From positions 39,571 through 103,570 of the forward strand of contig CBFFRP010000026.1 in NCBI GenBank assembly GCA_965644295.1: a stretch of DNA of 64,000 nt, in the 5' to 3' direction. Source of the stretch: Paraphysomonas bandaiensis (Eukaryota > Protista > Chrysophyceae). Numbering within the stretch: position 1 is the stretch's first letter; every line of letters starts with the position of its first letter. The notes beneath the pieces were generated by a model. That model worked only from the letters and a program-made list of their open reading frames with translations, searched no databases and was not told where the DNA came from. A program made the position numbers and the translations under genes. Below are positions 63,801-64,000 of the stretch, in pieces.

Positions 63801-64000
63801 CACAGCATCGGGGACACCTAGCCGAGCCCATGCTAGTTTCATTAGATTAGGTGTTATGGAGTCGAATGCTTTTTTGAAGTCCCAGAGCGTGCAGATGTGT
63901 TGGGCATTGTGACGTCTGGCTGCCTCTGAGGCCGCTAGAACCCTTAAAATGGCCGTGTCTGTGCCATTTCTCCAGCGATATCCATGTTGGGACGGGTGTA
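60890..64000 (-). mobile_element. Non-LTR retrotransposon (5' part beyond the window)
   Basis: Uninterrupted GC-richer ORF with RT, RNase H and Cys/His finger; short 3' UTR. Confidence 0.88.
60933..63998 (-). CDS. Non-LTR retrotransposon pol: RT + RNase H + C-terminal zinc finger (partial; open to the window end)
   Basis: SQHGYR, WDFKKAFDSI, RGITQGGTES, SFADD, HYLG, HNGLGM; RNase H AIFTDGS / AYELMG / NTDCKA / WVRSH...IADAVA; CSDC...KHMCLDC. Confidence 0.92.
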   Translation of the reverse strand, partial: HPSQHGYRWRNGTDTAILRVLAASEAARRHNAQHICTLWDFKKAFDSITPNLMKLAWARLGVPDAVVEWFGELDAGGLTFPWTPFMANNMEPRSLAELLATDGHFLAQFVLGFKAVRGITQGGTESTCAWVALHDILLTWLDLDLRAICLTPSPLLLTPNSKKKVSFADDITTIDVSITQAQETAIRMSAFCSFSGMELSVPKVICTFFPHLRENLAQVKQTGHITLYDWYWRPQPVPIQTTHESIHYLGADLPLTPTDTDSYNWCTNYLKAAGTHLGIRHASAGCKVMVIETQIIPTLLYKATKASWPLQYYKNIDSTCANLYRKALSLSPGYPTELIYLSLRHNGLGMKRFSDSAQEQKWGSLQRAIILGGDAGDAAHFLLTQTIAPYPNYHHFALSLREWGTEVGLTLQQPDSPEPQDTNTLTNIIRTLELDDVTADTYQAIFTDGSYTPTALSPRRITHVNPRTRWAHYGGAAAVWLPPEDEWKNGTTKILRLETPFSDVPGLGPYAYELMGAAMALILSARLPSHIPINTDCKAVCIRTHEALSARRRALGHRAKGVLLESIAANNDCKRTVAWVRSHPERRTSDESEWTYEDKGIYIADAVAGGDWLEVDRLLGRQNYTVCNMEVDQAIERILTEGLWHWRLTGERRPYRTSPLLTDFQSLRNQRTLEAYTALRDQRYGHNPDRAPGYWKDSGALLPRKLAQADGGPSKDKVSSHLRQRVLNAALTWDKSFSIGRNRAKTKHGLDMAKAVCSDCGFRLDSLKHMCLDCTNDTITQIRESAFHSHKNALLEEMRNPELPQWTTTVLQRISSRAWNPSVPQVERFWTGTITMTQLEMVFGDHIHESLSSQGLRSIESAIIKLLLPLFAAAKLMIQDRGRRYVTLRKGPPRLLPRPSPNHRQKRKRPRVLRLLGIHRRTETGTPPTVPLNPTNHTQRTIATDRMKPTGPRQRRRRLRQLHLCPTPKRCMATPPHSTTPSTSQSTHLVLGTLRTLIQNPVPQSQAEPYPKGRPPDNTRQ

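Overview
Gene-dense eukaryotic genomic DNA with very short introns (mostly ~41-60 nt, GT-AG plus at least two GC-AG). A stramenopile/ochrophyte-like protist is my inference from gene style and transposon families. Host genes, in order: a spliced coiled-coil gene whose first intron is a ~2.7 kb 14-bp minisatellite, a secreted GH31 glycosidase, a RecQ helicase with an N-terminal GRF-type zinc finger, an LRR protein, a large C2-like/helical-bundle protein, a TPR protein, prefoldin subunit 4, a propionyl/acetyl-CoA synthetase, a two-pore-type cation channel with an unusual pore-I filter, a PLAC8 protein, a patatin-like TAG lipase and a BUD22/SRFBP1-like protein. The most striking structure is a ~10 kb cluster (19.8-29.6 kb) of a Crypton-like tyrosine-recombinase transposon with three parts: (1) an intact 3.7 kb element bounded by 6-bp near-direct repeats (GTTTTT/GTTTTC); (2) a 2401-bp microhomology-joined duplication that puts a copy of the neighbouring host gene's upstream region and first exons antisense to the recombinase ORF; (3) an internally deleted derivative joined head-to-tail exactly at the terminal core, like an integrated excision circle. 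Also present: a non-LTR retrotransposon (RT-RNase H-Zn finger) abutting a MITE-family sequence, a Copia remnant, hAT remnants (one with TIRs and a perfect 8-bp TSD), several MITE-like families, and micro/minisatellites concentrated near gene starts. Family assignments rest on motif recognition by eye; no searches were run.
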